From NCBI GenBank assembly GCA_016219445.1, contig JACRNA010000022.1:1-41474 (forward strand): a stretch of 41,474 nt of DNA, given 5' to 3'. Position numbers and translations under genes: made by a program. This document shows, piece by piece, positions 1 to 9,165 of the stretch. The stretch comes from Candidatus Amesbacteria bacterium. Lineage in GTDB: Bacteria > Patescibacteriota > Microgenomatia > CAZETR01 > Amesbacteraceae. The first letter of the stretch is position 1. Each line of letters starts with the position of its first letter. A model generated the notes under the pieces. The model worked only from the letters and a program-made list of their open reading frames with translations, searched no databases and had not been told where the DNA came from.

Positions 1-212
1 ATAATAAATGGTGCGAATAAAAGAACAACCAGAGTTAATTTCCAATCAAGACCAAATAAGATATAAAGAAATACTGTTATAAGAAACAGGTTTAATACAA
101 GATCGCGAGTCCCTTTGCTTATTGCCTGTTCTATAGATAAAAGATCAAAAGTAAATCGTGATAATAAAGATCCTGTATGCTCAAAAGAAAAATATTGACG
201 CTCTGATTGACC
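1..212 (-). pseudogene. ABC exporter transmembrane-domain fragment; runs off the left edge and its 5' part is missing
   Basis: The minus frame is open from 212 to the window edge. It reads ERQYFSFEHTGSLLSRFTFDLLSIEQAISKGTRDLVLNLFLITVFLYILFGLDWKLTLVVLLFAPFII. This fits the MsbA-type pattern FF..TG.LLSR.T.D followed by W.L.L..L..P. An in-frame TGA lies at 213-215 with no start codon after it, so roughly 110 expected N-terminal codons are absent. Confidence 0.4.
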
Positions 213-718
213 TCACCTTTAACAGCAATCAGATGCGAGACTTTGATGTTCGACCTAGCTTTAGTCCCGGAGCCAAAAGCTACCATGCTCGTGTGACAGA
301 AGGAAGAATGCTTGATTATGTAGTTAAGAGGTTAAGCGCTATCCCTGAAAGTAAAAAGGCCGTCATGAGCTTTATTGAGTGGCATGACTACAAGGCAATT
401 TTAGACACGCCATATGATGATTACTTGCCCTGCCATACTACTATCCAATTCAGATTGCTGGAAGTAGCGGACAAGTATATTCTGAACATTATTACTCACT
501 TCAGATCCATTGATGCTTACCAAAAATCCTGTGGAGACTTTGTCGTGACCGCAATGTTGGCAGAGAAGGTAAAGTTTGAATTAAACAAAACACTCAAGTT
601 ACCAATAGAATTAGGATCTATAATGGGGGTAATAACTGATGCACATGTATATAAAGAGTGTTATATAGACGCCGAACAACTAATTAACAAAGTCACCATG
701 GAAGGAGTAGACCTATAG
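158..718 (+). CDS. Short thymidylate-synthase-fold protein (ThyA/dCMP-hydroxymethylase-like)
   Basis: LPCHTTIQF matches the ThyA catalytic-Cys motif (PCH..FQF). ESKKAVMSF resembles DSRRIIVSAW. FRSIDAYQKSCGDF resembles QRSCDVFLG. TDAHVY resembles GDTHLY. At 186 aa it lacks about 100 N-terminal residues of canonical ThyA. The start is GTG at 158; an alternative ATG lies at 233. Confidence 0.6.
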   Translation: MIIKILYAQKKNIDALIDLTFNSNQMRDFDVRPSFSPGAKSYHARVTEGRMLDYVVKRLSAIPESKKAVMSFIEWHDYKAILDTPYDDYLPCHTTIQFRLLEVADKYILNIITHFRSIDAYQKSCGDFVVTAMLAEKVKFELNKTLKLPIELGSIMGVITDAHVYKECYIDAEQLINKVTMEGVDL

Positions 719-832
719 TCCTACTCACCCAATGTGTATTGCCCCACTTGACCTATAGTGATATGATGCACGTAACGATGATTACATCATTGTTATTTAA
801 ACATTATAATTTGTCCAGGTAGGACACTTTTT

Positions 833-857
833 CCCCGCCAAAAGTGGGGATTTTTTT
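833..857 (+). terminator. Hairpin plus T-run downstream of the TS-like gene
   Basis: CCCCGC (833-838), loop CAAAA, GTGGGG (844-849) with one G-U pair, followed by ATTTTTTT. Confidence 0.45.
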
Positions 858-863
858 ATAAAT

Positions 864-1655
864 ATGGCACAAGCAAAAGATTGGGAGAATCCTTTTGAGT
901 TTTTTATTAATCATAAAGATAAAATATTTACCACAGCACTTATAAGTGCTGGAATTGTAGGCTATTTGTATTTGGAAATGAGCTTTCTTAACCCAATCCA
1001 AGCCGCCGTCCCGAACAGACCAAATATTCCAGTTGGTTCTGGTGCACAGCATACAGGTGAATTACTAGTAATTCATGTACCTAATCCATATCTTGGTCAG
1101 GAAGGCTATACACCCTCTTCTAAAGGTAATGCTATTACAACAAATTCTGGTTCAGAGACCATTACAAAGATAACACCGAAAATAGAAAAAGTAAGTATAC
1201 CAAGAGAAACTACATATTATTCTCGCGAATTAATTAAGTCAAATATAACTAATGCAAAGATAGATCTCGCTTTTGGGTTTAGAAACAACATAACTGCTGT
1301 TCCAGATTTTAGAGTAGATATGTTTAAAGGCCTGGATCAACGCGTATACGCTACAGAAATAGTTAATGTTGATGGAGAATATTATAAATTTATTGCAAGA
1401 GCAATCGGAATGGGAGTGGGTGGTCAATATCTAGAAACAGGGAAGGAAATGAACTCCTTTTTGTTGATAAATACTCCAAAGGGTATAAATACAAGTGCAC
1501 TCTTATTTAAATTTAATACCATTCCTGAAGTAAAAGCTTTAATAATTAAACATGGGATTAAAATTCAATTTGACCAAGATGGTAAAGTTATTAGCCACTT
1601 AAATCCAACAGAAATCTTAGAGGCAGATGTAAACGATTTCTATCAACCAAAGTAA
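864..1655 (+). CDS. Hypothetical protein with an N-terminal membrane anchor
   Basis: Long ORF with a hydrophobic segment, IFTTALISAGIVGYLYL, near the N-terminus. I recognise no family. It is the first gene of the same-strand pilus-associated cluster. Confidence 0.55.
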   Translation: MAQAKDWENPFEFFINHKDKIFTTALISAGIVGYLYLEMSFLNPIQAAVPNRPNIPVGSGAQHTGELLVIHVPNPYLGQEGYTPSSKGNAITTNSGSETITKITPKIEKVSIPRETTYYSRELIKSNITNAKIDLAFGFRNNITAVPDFRVDMFKGLDQRVYATEIVNVDGEYYKFIARAIGMGVGGQYLETGKEMNSFLLINTPKGINTSALLFKFNTIPEVKALIIKHGIKIQFDQDGKVISHLNPTEILEADVNDFYQPK

Positions 1656-1683
1656 TTTTTCGGATTTCGTATATAATGATATT

Positions 1684-2487
1684 ATGTTCAAAATACTGCC
1701 GTTTCTGATTGGTGGTTTTATTTTGCTTTTTACAATTGCTTATATTGGATTTACTGTTAGACCACTTTTTTATCCTAAACCTGAAGTGGTAGTGGATAAC
1801 ACGGTCAAGGAAGTAAAGACTCTGTATGTAGCAAAAACATTTGCGGGGGTAGTTCTTTCTGGAAAATACGTGAAAGGTAATCTTGTTGATGGAAAAGACG
1901 TATACAATTTGGCTGAAAAAAGTTCAATAGTTGGAAATATTTATGTTCAAGATCACCGTTTGGGTATGGTTAAAATCGACCGTTCAAAGTTAACTGAACA
2001 CCAAAATATTTTTCTGGATTTTTATAAAAGTAAAAAAATGGTAACAGGAATTATTGAAAACCGAGATGGTGATAACATTCGACTAATAAACGATCCCACT
2101 AAAACCACCTATTTTATTAACAAAAGACTTCCCTTTTCCTATATTAATCCATCTAAACTCTATTGGAGTAAAATCAATCATCCTGAATTGCTCGATAAGG
2201 GAGATGCAATAAGATTGACCTTAAAAGGTTATGTATATGTTGCTCCGTTGCTGGGTTCTACCACGGGGATTGTCAGGGTTTTACGTACTAGTGAACAGGC
2301 AGTAGAAATTGAAATATCATCTGACGATCTTAAAATTTTGATAAATACCGACACTACAATACTAGATAAAAATAAAAAGCCATTAAAAATTGAGTTATCC
2401 AGATTCCCAACTGATTTGTCACGCGTCTATATACTCTACTATGTTAATGATCAAATCTTAATTGCAAAATCTATTACGATATTATGA
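1684..2487 (+). CDS. Hypothetical protein with an N-terminal membrane anchor
   Basis: N-terminal TM segment ILPFLIGGFILLFTIAYIGF. Its stop overlaps the next start (ATGA at 2484-2487), suggesting translational coupling. Confidence 0.55.
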   Translation: MFKILPFLIGGFILLFTIAYIGFTVRPLFYPKPEVVVDNTVKEVKTLYVAKTFAGVVLSGKYVKGNLVDGKDVYNLAEKSSIVGNIYVQDHRLGMVKIDRSKLTEHQNIFLDFYKSKKMVTGIIENRDGDNIRLINDPTKTTYFINKRLPFSYINPSKLYWSKINHPELLDKGDAIRLTLKGYVYVAPLLGSTTGIVRVLRTSEQAVEIEISSDDLKILINTDTTILDKNKKPLKIELSRFPTDLSRVYILYYVNDQILIAKSITIL

Positions 2488-4229
2488 AAAGTATTATTCC
2501 TTTAATCTTGATTAATATTTCAATATTTTTGAGTTTATTGATTTATACAAAACCAACATTGGCTTCTGAGGAAGGCGGAGTGGGATACAGTTGTTATGAC
2601 GCCTGTTCGTGTTGGGGAGATTGTGGTTACGCCCCAGATCCTTACGAAGTAGACAATAGTCCAGTTTCCAATTCTGGTTATAGCGGTGGTTGGCCGGATG
2701 ATCCTCCGCGGCCACAGCCAGATCCACCATCACCTCCAGCGCCTTCTTGTGACAATTGGTGTAATTGTAATTATTGTGAACCGTCACCACCCTGTAATGA
2801 TACTTGCGGAGGATGTGGAGGGGGTTATGTCAATGATTGTGGTAATTATTGTAGTCAACCTTCGTGTTATGTCCCACCCCTACCTTGTGACAATAGTTGT
2901 GATGGAGGTTGTGGAGATAATTATACAAATGCTTGTGGAACTGTGTGTACCCGCACAAAGTGTTATGTACCGAAATGTGGTGAGACGGGCAATATAGCAT
3001 GTATAAACAAGTCAACGGGCAAATGTGAGGATAGTGGTTTTCGAGACAAAAATTCATGTAATGAAGGCACGGAAATCCCCATGCAAGCAACACCCGGGTG
3101 CCATAAAATAGGCTCTTGTCGTCCTAGTGAACCCGGGAAATGCGCTCAAAACTGTACTTCGGATGATGGGATAATCAATCGATGGGATTATTGTGATTGT
3201 GGCGGATCGCCAGTGGTTGTTCCACAGCCTCCGCCAGCTGAAACATGCCCCACTTATTGTGGATATCCCGGAGGTAGTGTAGCTGACGGAAACTGGGGAC
3301 GCAAGAATTGTGGTGCAATAGCGGGGTGTCCATTGGGTGGTGGAAACGGAAATAACAATTCATTTGTGCCAAGTAACGCTGGGGCTAATCCACCAGCTCC
3401 ACTCGGTGGTTGTATCGGAGCATCTTGTCTCTTGGGTAATTATTTTCAATCAAAAGGTGGAAGTATTATGACTTTGGGTGGTGCGGTATCCAATCCTAAA
3501 CTTCCTTCAGGAAAGGTGTTTTCCAAGGATGGAGAAGGTGGGTCTCCGGGAATCCCCATGGGGAACGGAGCGTCTAGTTTTGGGGCCGGAAGCGTTTCGA
3601 GTACGGGTTGGATAGCAGGCGATGCCAATAATTATCAGGGTGTCATCTCGGACAAAGTTCAATACCGCTATGACATAGATCAAATCAAAGGAAAGATAAT
3701 ATCATTGGTAAAGCCTGAACAGTTAATATTCTCCAATATCTATAATCCAGATGATTTATTAAAGGGTACACCAGAGCCAGACGGTACGTATTATGTCCAG
3801 ACCAACGATGATCTGGTCATATCTTCAAATCTCGATTTGGGAACTAGTAGAGTAGTAGTTATTACCGAGAAAAACGCCAAAATAGATGGATCTATCAAAT
3901 TTGATGAAGGTGGATTGTTTGCGGTCATTGCCCGGGAAAATATCGAAATAAATCCAAATGTCGGTGGAAGTTCTACCGGAGTTGATCCAGACGGAGTTCA
4001 ACCAAACATTGAAGGGGTATTCTTTGCTCAAAAAAGATTTAAGACTGGAACTGGAAACAAACAATTGAGAATTGATGGACCAGTAGTAGGTATAGAGGGA
4101 GTGGATCTAGAAAGAACACATACTTCCCAATACCCTGCCGAGTATTTTGTCTTTAGGCCGGATATACTTATGACATTACCCCAGCATTTACTTCGTAGAA
4201 ATAACTTATGGAAAGAGGCTTTACCTTAA
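2484..4229 (+). CDS. Secreted Cys-rich / Pro-rich protein with a repetitive C-terminal half; candidate pilus-associated adhesin
   Basis: Signal-like N-terminus ending TLA-SEE. I count about 36 Cys between residues ~36 and ~315. Two tandem 31-aa units are PCNDTCGGCGGGYVNDCGNYCSQPSCYVPPL and PCDNSCDGGCGDNYTNACGTVCTRTKCYVPK (nt 2790-2975). There are PPRPQPDPPSPPAP and PQPPPAE linkers. The C-terminal part is rich in short beta-strand-like repeats. Confidence 0.6.
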   Translation: MKSIIPLILINISIFLSLLIYTKPTLASEEGGVGYSCYDACSCWGDCGYAPDPYEVDNSPVSNSGYSGGWPDDPPRPQPDPPSPPAPSCDNWCNCNYCEPSPPCNDTCGGCGGGYVNDCGNYCSQPSCYVPPLPCDNSCDGGCGDNYTNACGTVCTRTKCYVPKCGETGNIACINKSTGKCEDSGFRDKNSCNEGTEIPMQATPGCHKIGSCRPSEPGKCAQNCTSDDGIINRWDYCDCGGSPVVVPQPPPAETCPTYCGYPGGSVADGNWGRKNCGAIAGCPLGGGNGNNNSFVPSNAGANPPAPLGGCIGASCLLGNYFQSKGGSIMTLGGAVSNPKLPSGKVFSKDGEGGSPGIPMGNGASSFGAGSVSSTGWIAGDANNYQGVISDKVQYRYDIDQIKGKIISLVKPEQLIFSNIYNPDDLLKGTPEPDGTYYVQTNDDLVISSNLDLGTSRVVVITEKNAKIDGSIKFDEGGLFAVIARENIEINPNVGGSSTGVDPDGVQPNIEGVFFAQKRFKTGTGNKQLRIDGPVVGIEGVDLERTHTSQYPAEYFVFRPDILMTLPQHLLRRNNLWKEALP

Positions 4230-4252
4230 TATGGGTATTTGTTACACATTGA
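4208..4252 (+). pseudogene. Orphan prepilin leader stub (MERGFTLIWVFVTH-stop)
   Basis: ATG-GAA-AGA-GGC-TTT-ACC-TTA-AT reproduces the M-x-R-G-F-T-L-I prepilin leader of the pilin gene at 5859, then stops after 14 codons. It overlaps the end of the 581-aa ORF. Confidence 0.5.
4214..4230. repeat. 17-bp direct repeat, copy 1 (AGAGGCTTTACCTTAAT)
   Basis: Identical to 5865-5881. The two copies bracket the AsnB-like gene. Confidence 0.9.
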
Positions 4253-4275
4253 TAGTTTATTAGTTTTAAATTACC

Positions 4276-5862
4276 GTGAAACATTTAATCTTAGATATTA
4301 AATCTGAGAAGGGGTTTGTCTTAGATGAAGTGTGGGAGTATTTATTGTTACCCGACTCAGAAGGGGTTGTTAAAAAAATCAATTCCGATTGGAAGGGTTA
4401 TTTGGTCAACTATGACCAAATTACTTTTGACGATTTGGTAAAGGCATGTAAGCATTTTGATACCAATACTCTACAAGGTTTGAATAGTGATTATTTATTA
4501 ATGGGTTTAAACAATTCAAAATCAGAATTAAACATAATAAGTGGAGTCTCGGGAAAGTTTCCTCTGTATTTTTCTCCGTATAAAGACGGATTTGTCGCGT
4601 CGACTGATATTTCAGAAATTATACGAAGAAAAACTAACAAAAAAATAAATATAAATTCGGCATTAGATTATTTGTATACAGATTATTTTATGTATACTAC
4701 CCATGAAACTTTTATTGAGGGAGTATACAAATTACCTGTAGGTCATAGATTACGTATTGATCGTAATTATAAATTTAAAATTGAACCAATTTTTAATTTG
4801 GATAAATTTTTAAGAAATCAACAGGAACCATTTTCTGTGGAAAAATTTCAAGAGAAATTTTTAGATCGTATGGTTAATGTGGTGCGGGAAAGAACTATCA
4901 GATTTCCCAATACCCCCATTGGATGTGAACTTTCATCAGGATTTGACAGTTCATTAATAGCCTATGCTCTTAAAAAAGCCGGGATATCTCAAAACTGTAC
5001 TTTTTTCTCAGATTATAGTAAATATGATACTGGTGATACTGATAAAAGTATCGTCGAGAAGTTTGCTATAAAGCATAATCTAAAATTATCTTTTTTAGAT
5101 ATTTCTGATTTAACTACTTTTTCGGATATTGACACGGGTTGGTCAAAAAAGTATTTTTTTCCAGGCACTCATGCCTTGCTAGGAGAAATCATAACCGCCG
5201 AAAATAGAAGAAAAATATATAGTCAACCTAATCTTTTATTTCGTGGATTTGGCGCAGACGAATTATTTATGTCATATTTGATTCACCACAATGTTGATAA
5301 AATGATCAAGGATGAGCTTGAATGGGCAAAATTTGGAATAGAGCAAGGAATAGGTAAAATATTTACCAATAAGGGATTGGAAATATTAAAAAGTAGGGAT
5401 AGAATGTTTCAAACACCTGTTTATTTTTCAATTTTCTCACCAAGTAGTGTAGAATGGGCTATATTTTCTATTTATTGGGAATATGGTGAATGGAGTGTTT
5501 TGCCATTTAATGACCTAGAATTATTAGAGATAGCCCGCAGGATTCCAAGAAAAAACGGAAAACCATTAAAAAAGCAAGAAATTTGGGCCGGGAGAACTGA
5601 TATATTTTTGCCCGAACAATATAAACAAAAGTTACCCTTTGATAACCATGTCTTGCAGATATTTGAAAAGCGGAAGGGATTTCTAGTAAAAATATTGTCT
5701 AATTCTGTTCTAGGGAAAGCAGGTTTAATTAATTCTAGTGAGATGAGAGAGGCAGTTGCTACAGATAAAGCTAAGGATTTATATAAAAACATGTTGCCTG
5801 TATTTATAAATGTAATATGGTTAGAGAATTATCTACAGGCAAATGATATTATTAAATTGTGA
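4276..5862 (+). CDS. Asparagine synthetase B-like protein (PP-loop ATP pyrophosphatase) without the N-terminal Cys nucleophile
   Basis: SGVSGKFPLYFSPYKDGFVASTDISEI resembles the AsnB N-domain (RD..G..PLYY...FASE). TFIEGVYKLPVGHRL matches the AsnB hinge. CELSSGFDSSLIAY is the SGGxDS-type PP-loop. The protein starts MKHLIL rather than MCG, so glutaminase activity is unlikely. The start codon is GTG. Confidence 0.7.
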   Translation: MKHLILDIKSEKGFVLDEVWEYLLLPDSEGVVKKINSDWKGYLVNYDQITFDDLVKACKHFDTNTLQGLNSDYLLMGLNNSKSELNIISGVSGKFPLYFSPYKDGFVASTDISEIIRRKTNKKININSALDYLYTDYFMYTTHETFIEGVYKLPVGHRLRIDRNYKFKIEPIFNLDKFLRNQQEPFSVEKFQEKFLDRMVNVVRERTIRFPNTPIGCELSSGFDSSLIAYALKKAGISQNCTFFSDYSKYDTGDTDKSIVEKFAIKHNLKLSFLDISDLTTFSDIDTGWSKKYFFPGTHALLGEIITAENRRKIYSQPNLLFRGFGADELFMSYLIHHNVDKMIKDELEWAKFGIEQGIGKIFTNKGLEILKSRDRMFQTPVYFSIFSPSSVEWAIFSIYWEYGEWSVLPFNDLELLEIARRIPRKNGKPLKKQEIWAGRTDIFLPEQYKQKLPFDNHVLQIFEKRKGFLVKILSNSVLGKAGLINSSEMREAVATDKAKDLYKNMLPVFINVIWLENYLQANDIIKL

Positions 5863-6320
5863 CCAGAGGCTTTACCTTAATTGAGACCGTAGTAGCAGTA
5901 GGAGTATTTGCCATGCTGTCTGTCATTGGCAGTACTCTACTATTTGGCATATTGCGTGGATCTAAAAAAGCCGCTTCTGTCGTAGTAGTCCGGACTGAGG
6001 GGGCTAATATTCTCAACAGTTTGACTCAGACTATCCGTTTTGCCGAAGAAATATCTGTCTGTAACGGCACGAGTATTACTTTTAGACCTCTTGTGGGTAA
6101 TGATATTACTTATTCGTGTACTGGCACCAATATTGCATCGGGATCAGCAAACCTAAATTCTTCACAAGTGACGCTTTCGGCCTGTGCAATCAGTTGCCCA
6201 TTGACTACCAGTATTACAGATGTCCGCAAAGCCAAATATGTCGATTTGAGTTTTACTTTGAAAGGAAGTCAGGCCGAAATTCCATTTAAGACCCAGGTGG
6301 TCTTGCGTAATCGTGATTAA
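5859..6320 (+). CDS. Type IV pilin-like protein (class III signal: MTRG/FTLIE)
   Basis: The N-terminus MTRGFTLIETVVAVGVFAMLSVIGSTLLFGIL is the canonical prepilin peptidase site G/F with Glu5 and a hydrophobic helix. GTG start overlapping the previous stop. Confidence 0.8.
   Translation: MTRGFTLIETVVAVGVFAMLSVIGSTLLFGILRGSKKAASVVVVRTEGANILNSLTQTIRFAEEISVCNGTSITFRPLVGNDITYSCTGTNIASGSANLNSSQVTLSACAISCPLTTSITDVRKAKYVDLSFTLKGSQAEIPFKTQVVLRNRD
5865..5881. repeat. 17-bp direct repeat, copy 2 (AGAGGCTTTACCTTAAT)
   Basis: Identical to 4214-4230. It lies inside the leader codons R-G-F-T-L-I of the pilin gene. Confidence 0.9.
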
Positions 6321-6337
6321 ACGTCTATTATAAATAT

Positions 6338-7099
6338 ATGAGACAAGGTCAAGCTTTAATAGTAATATTGCTAGTCTTAGCAGTAGCTTTAACTTTGGGA
6401 TTGGCAGTAGTTTCCAGAACTGTAACCGAAGTGGGCACAGCCACTACTCAAGCTGAATCTTCGCGGGCGCTTTCCAAAGCTGAATCAGGAGTAGAAGCTG
6501 CTCTTTCGGGAACCATAATTGCTGGAGTAACAGCGACTGATTATTCTGGGAGACAAATTAGTATTTCGGAACCCTTGGCTGCGGGAGAATCCTCAACAAT
6601 ATTTTTAGCAACTCATGATACAAATGGTAACTTGAATTTAGTAGGCGGGTTAAATGCATATACAGGAAATAATATTGATCTTTGTTGGGGTACTGAACCT
6701 GGTACACCGGTAGCTATAGAAGCATCTTTGTATTACAAAGAATTATCAAATTATAAAGTTATGCGTTTTGCTTATGATCCAGAAGGACGTGGAGGATTTA
6801 CTAGATCCGATACGGATAGAACAAATTGCCCAACCGATAATGTATATTTAAATCATGCGAACATTAGTAGCTTACCAGCCGGTAAAATATTATTGAGAGT
6901 CAGGCTTTTGTACAATGGTGATGTAGCCCACTTTGTAGGGGTATCCGGATCCACTTCTTTCCCGGTTCAAGGAAAGAACATTGTCTCGACAGCGACAGAA
7001 GGTAACACAACCCGCAAGATAGAAGTCTTCCAGCGATATCCCGATCTTTCCCCCCTTCTGGACTCCGCAGTATTCTCTGGTGGTGGACTTGCCAAATAA
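6338..7099 (+). CDS. PilX-N-like minor pilin / pilus assembly protein
   Basis: MRQGQALIVILLVLAVALTLGLAVVS matches the PilX N-terminal pattern (GxALIV followed by a hydrophobic helix). Position between the pilin and pilM. Confidence 0.6.
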   Translation: MRQGQALIVILLVLAVALTLGLAVVSRTVTEVGTATTQAESSRALSKAESGVEAALSGTIIAGVTATDYSGRQISISEPLAAGESSTIFLATHDTNGNLNLVGGLNAYTGNNIDLCWGTEPGTPVAIEASLYYKELSNYKVMRFAYDPEGRGGFTRSDTDRTNCPTDNVYLNHANISSLPAGKILLRVRLLYNGDVAHFVGVSGSTSFPVQGKNIVSTATEGNTTRKIEVFQRYPDLSPLLDSAVFSGGGLAK

Positions 7100-7115
7100 G
7101 CTATATAATAAATTT

Positions 7116-8138
7116 ATGTCTTCACTGCCCAAAATAGGACTGGATATAGGATCGGCTTCCATCAAAATTGCCGAACTAGCTCCAAATGGCAAAAAGTGGA
7201 AGCTTCTGACCATGGCATCAATGCCTTCACCGGCTGGGTGGACATCAAATATGAAAGGAAGTATTGCTGTAGTTTCGCAGGCTATTGCCAAGCTTCACAA
7301 AGAAGCAGGAGTTTATGGCAGACGTGCAGTAGTGTCACTACCCGAGGAACAGGTCTCATCACATGTTATTGAATTGCCATCAATGGATGATTCGGAAGTC
7401 GAACAGTCACTCCAATGGCAGGTCGAGCAGTTTATCCCCTTCCCTATCGATCAAGCTGTTTGGAGTTATCAAATAGTCAAGAAAGATGTTGTGGGTGGAG
7501 GGGATATCGAAGTCTTGGTCGCAGCAGTTCCCAAATCGGTCGTGGAGTTTTATAGGACTGTTGCTGAAACGGCTGGTCTGGAAGTATTGGCTGTCGAAAC
7601 GGAGCTTATGGCTACAGCCAGATCGGTACTTTCTGGGTCAACCCAACTGGGATTGATCGTTGATATTGGTGCCAAAAGTACCGATATGGGCTTGGTTCAA
7701 AATGGAAATTTGCTATACACCAGGGCTATTCCTACCGCGGGTGAAGCATTTTGCCGGGCTATCGAAACCGGTCTTGGACTGGAAGCATCCCAGGCTGAGG
7801 AATACAAAAATACCTATGGTTTTTCTAAGAGTCACTTGGAGGGAAAATTGGCAGATGTAATGGCACCAGTTCTCAAATTGATAATCGGAGAGATCAAAAA
7901 GACGATTGAATTTTACACCTCAAAACATAGTGGTGAAACGGTAAAATTTGTCTCACTATCGGGTGGCGCTGCAGCTTTACCGGAAATAGTGGGTGAAATA
8001 TCAACGGCCTTGGGTCTAGAAGTCAGTCTCTCGGATCCTTTTGTCAATGTAATATTAGATGAAAGCCAACAGCAAGCAATAGGAACTACAGGGCCTTTTT
8101 ATGCCGTGGCTCTAGGCTTATCGATGCGTGATATATGA
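7116..8138 (+). CDS. pilM: Type IV pilus assembly ATPase-fold protein PilM
   Basis: IGLDIGSASIKIAEL actin/HSP70-like phosphate-1 motif, then IVDIGAKSTDMGLV and LSGGAAALPEI. The ORF track starts at GTG 7080; I prefer ATG 7116 (MSSLPKIGLDIG). Confidence 0.85.
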   Translation: MSSLPKIGLDIGSASIKIAELAPNGKKWKLLTMASMPSPAGWTSNMKGSIAVVSQAIAKLHKEAGVYGRRAVVSLPEEQVSSHVIELPSMDDSEVEQSLQWQVEQFIPFPIDQAVWSYQIVKKDVVGGGDIEVLVAAVPKSVVEFYRTVAETAGLEVLAVETELMATARSVLSGSTQLGLIVDIGAKSTDMGLVQNGNLLYTRAIPTAGEAFCRAIETGLGLEASQAEEYKNTYGFSKSHLEGKLADVMAPVLKLIIGEIKKTIEFYTSKHSGETVKFVSLSGGAAALPEIVGEISTALGLEVSLSDPFVNVILDESQQQAIGTTGPFYAVALGLSMRDI

Positions 8139-8638
8139 TAAATTTACTGCCAAAAACTGATAATACTGGTCAAACGGCATTTAAATATAAAAATACAGCC
8201 TTTTGGATTACACATTTGGGACTAATATTTTATTTTTTGTTTTTGGTTGCGACAACTACAAAAATGTGGAGAGGGAATGTACGGCAAAAGCAATTGATTT
8301 TGGATATAGCCAACTTGGAGGCCCAACTCAAACCCCTGAGCAATGTGGAAGCTGTAGTGCTTCAAATAGACCGCACGCAAAAATCCATCGATAAATTTAA
8401 GACATCCAGACCAAAATTGGCTGAATTTGTCAACACCCTAAACAGTAAACCATCTTCAATAATAATCGAAAATTGGGATTATAAAGTTTCCGGTAAATCG
8501 AGAATATCGGTAGAATCGCCCAGCCAAAATGATCTTGAGGAATATACCAAACTTTTGAAACTGAAATTTTCAGGATTATTACTTGAACAAACTGTCACGA
8601 AAGGAGGGGTATGGAATTCAATCCTGGTGCTCAAATAA
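8135..8638 (+). CDS. pilN: PilN-like pilus assembly protein
   Basis: MINLLPK N-terminus typical of PilN, a single TM (FWITHLGLIFYFLFLVA) and a coiled-coil region. ATGA overlap with pilM. Confidence 0.7.
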   Translation: MINLLPKTDNTGQTAFKYKNTAFWITHLGLIFYFLFLVATTTKMWRGNVRQKQLILDIANLEAQLKPLSNVEAVVLQIDRTQKSIDKFKTSRPKLAEFVNTLNSKPSSIIIENWDYKVSGKSRISVESPSQNDLEEYTKLLKLKFSGLLLEQTVTKGGVWNSILVLK

Positions 8639-9165
8639 AAACTATTAAACCATACGCTTGGCTACTCTATCCACTTGGTGTCTTGGTATTTATGTGGTTT
8701 TCTTATACTCAGATTTTTGTGGGTTCTGGTAAACTGCTCGATAAAATTACACAAACAGAAGAAAAGATTACTGATCTAGGTCTAAAAAAGACAATACGAG
8801 AAACCAAACTCAATACTCTAAAGCTCCAAAAATTAGATATCTTGCATACAAAATTGGCTGGATTTGTAGAACAAATGCCTTATGACCATATGCCGTGGGA
8901 TTTGCTGGCAAAACTCAAAATCCTGGGAAATATTTCTGATTTTAAAATGACCGAAAACAAGCTCTTGCAAGCTGAATACAAAATTGAAGATACTAATAAG
9001 CTGGAAGAATTATTGCAGAAATTGGAATTATTTACTCCATTATTATCAATATCCTCAGTTGTTTACGGTCCACCTTTTTTAAGACTTGAATTTAATTCTG
9101 CCTTTAGTCCTTTTCAAAACTTTACACAAGACTTCAACCGTCAACTCCCTAATTTATCAAAGTGA
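8611..9165 (+). CDS. pilO: PilO-like pilus assembly protein
   Basis: Single N-terminal TM (YAWLLYPLGVLVFMWF), then a coiled coil. Position immediately after pilM-pilN. The sequence family itself is not strongly recognisable. Confidence 0.5.
   Translation: MEFNPGAQIKTIKPYAWLLYPLGVLVFMWFSYTQIFVGSGKLLDKITQTEEKITDLGLKKTIRETKLNTLKLQKLDILHTKLAGFVEQMPYDHMPWDLLAKLKILGNISDFKMTENKLLQAEYKIEDTNKLEELLQKLELFTPLLSISSVVYGPPFLRLEFNSAFSPFQNFTQDFNRQLPNLSK

Noticed and set aside
4276-5862. AsnB-like gene as a lasso-peptide cyclase
   Set aside because: No adjacent leader-peptidase (transglutaminase-like B protein) or plausible short precursor ORF was seen. The context is pilus genes.
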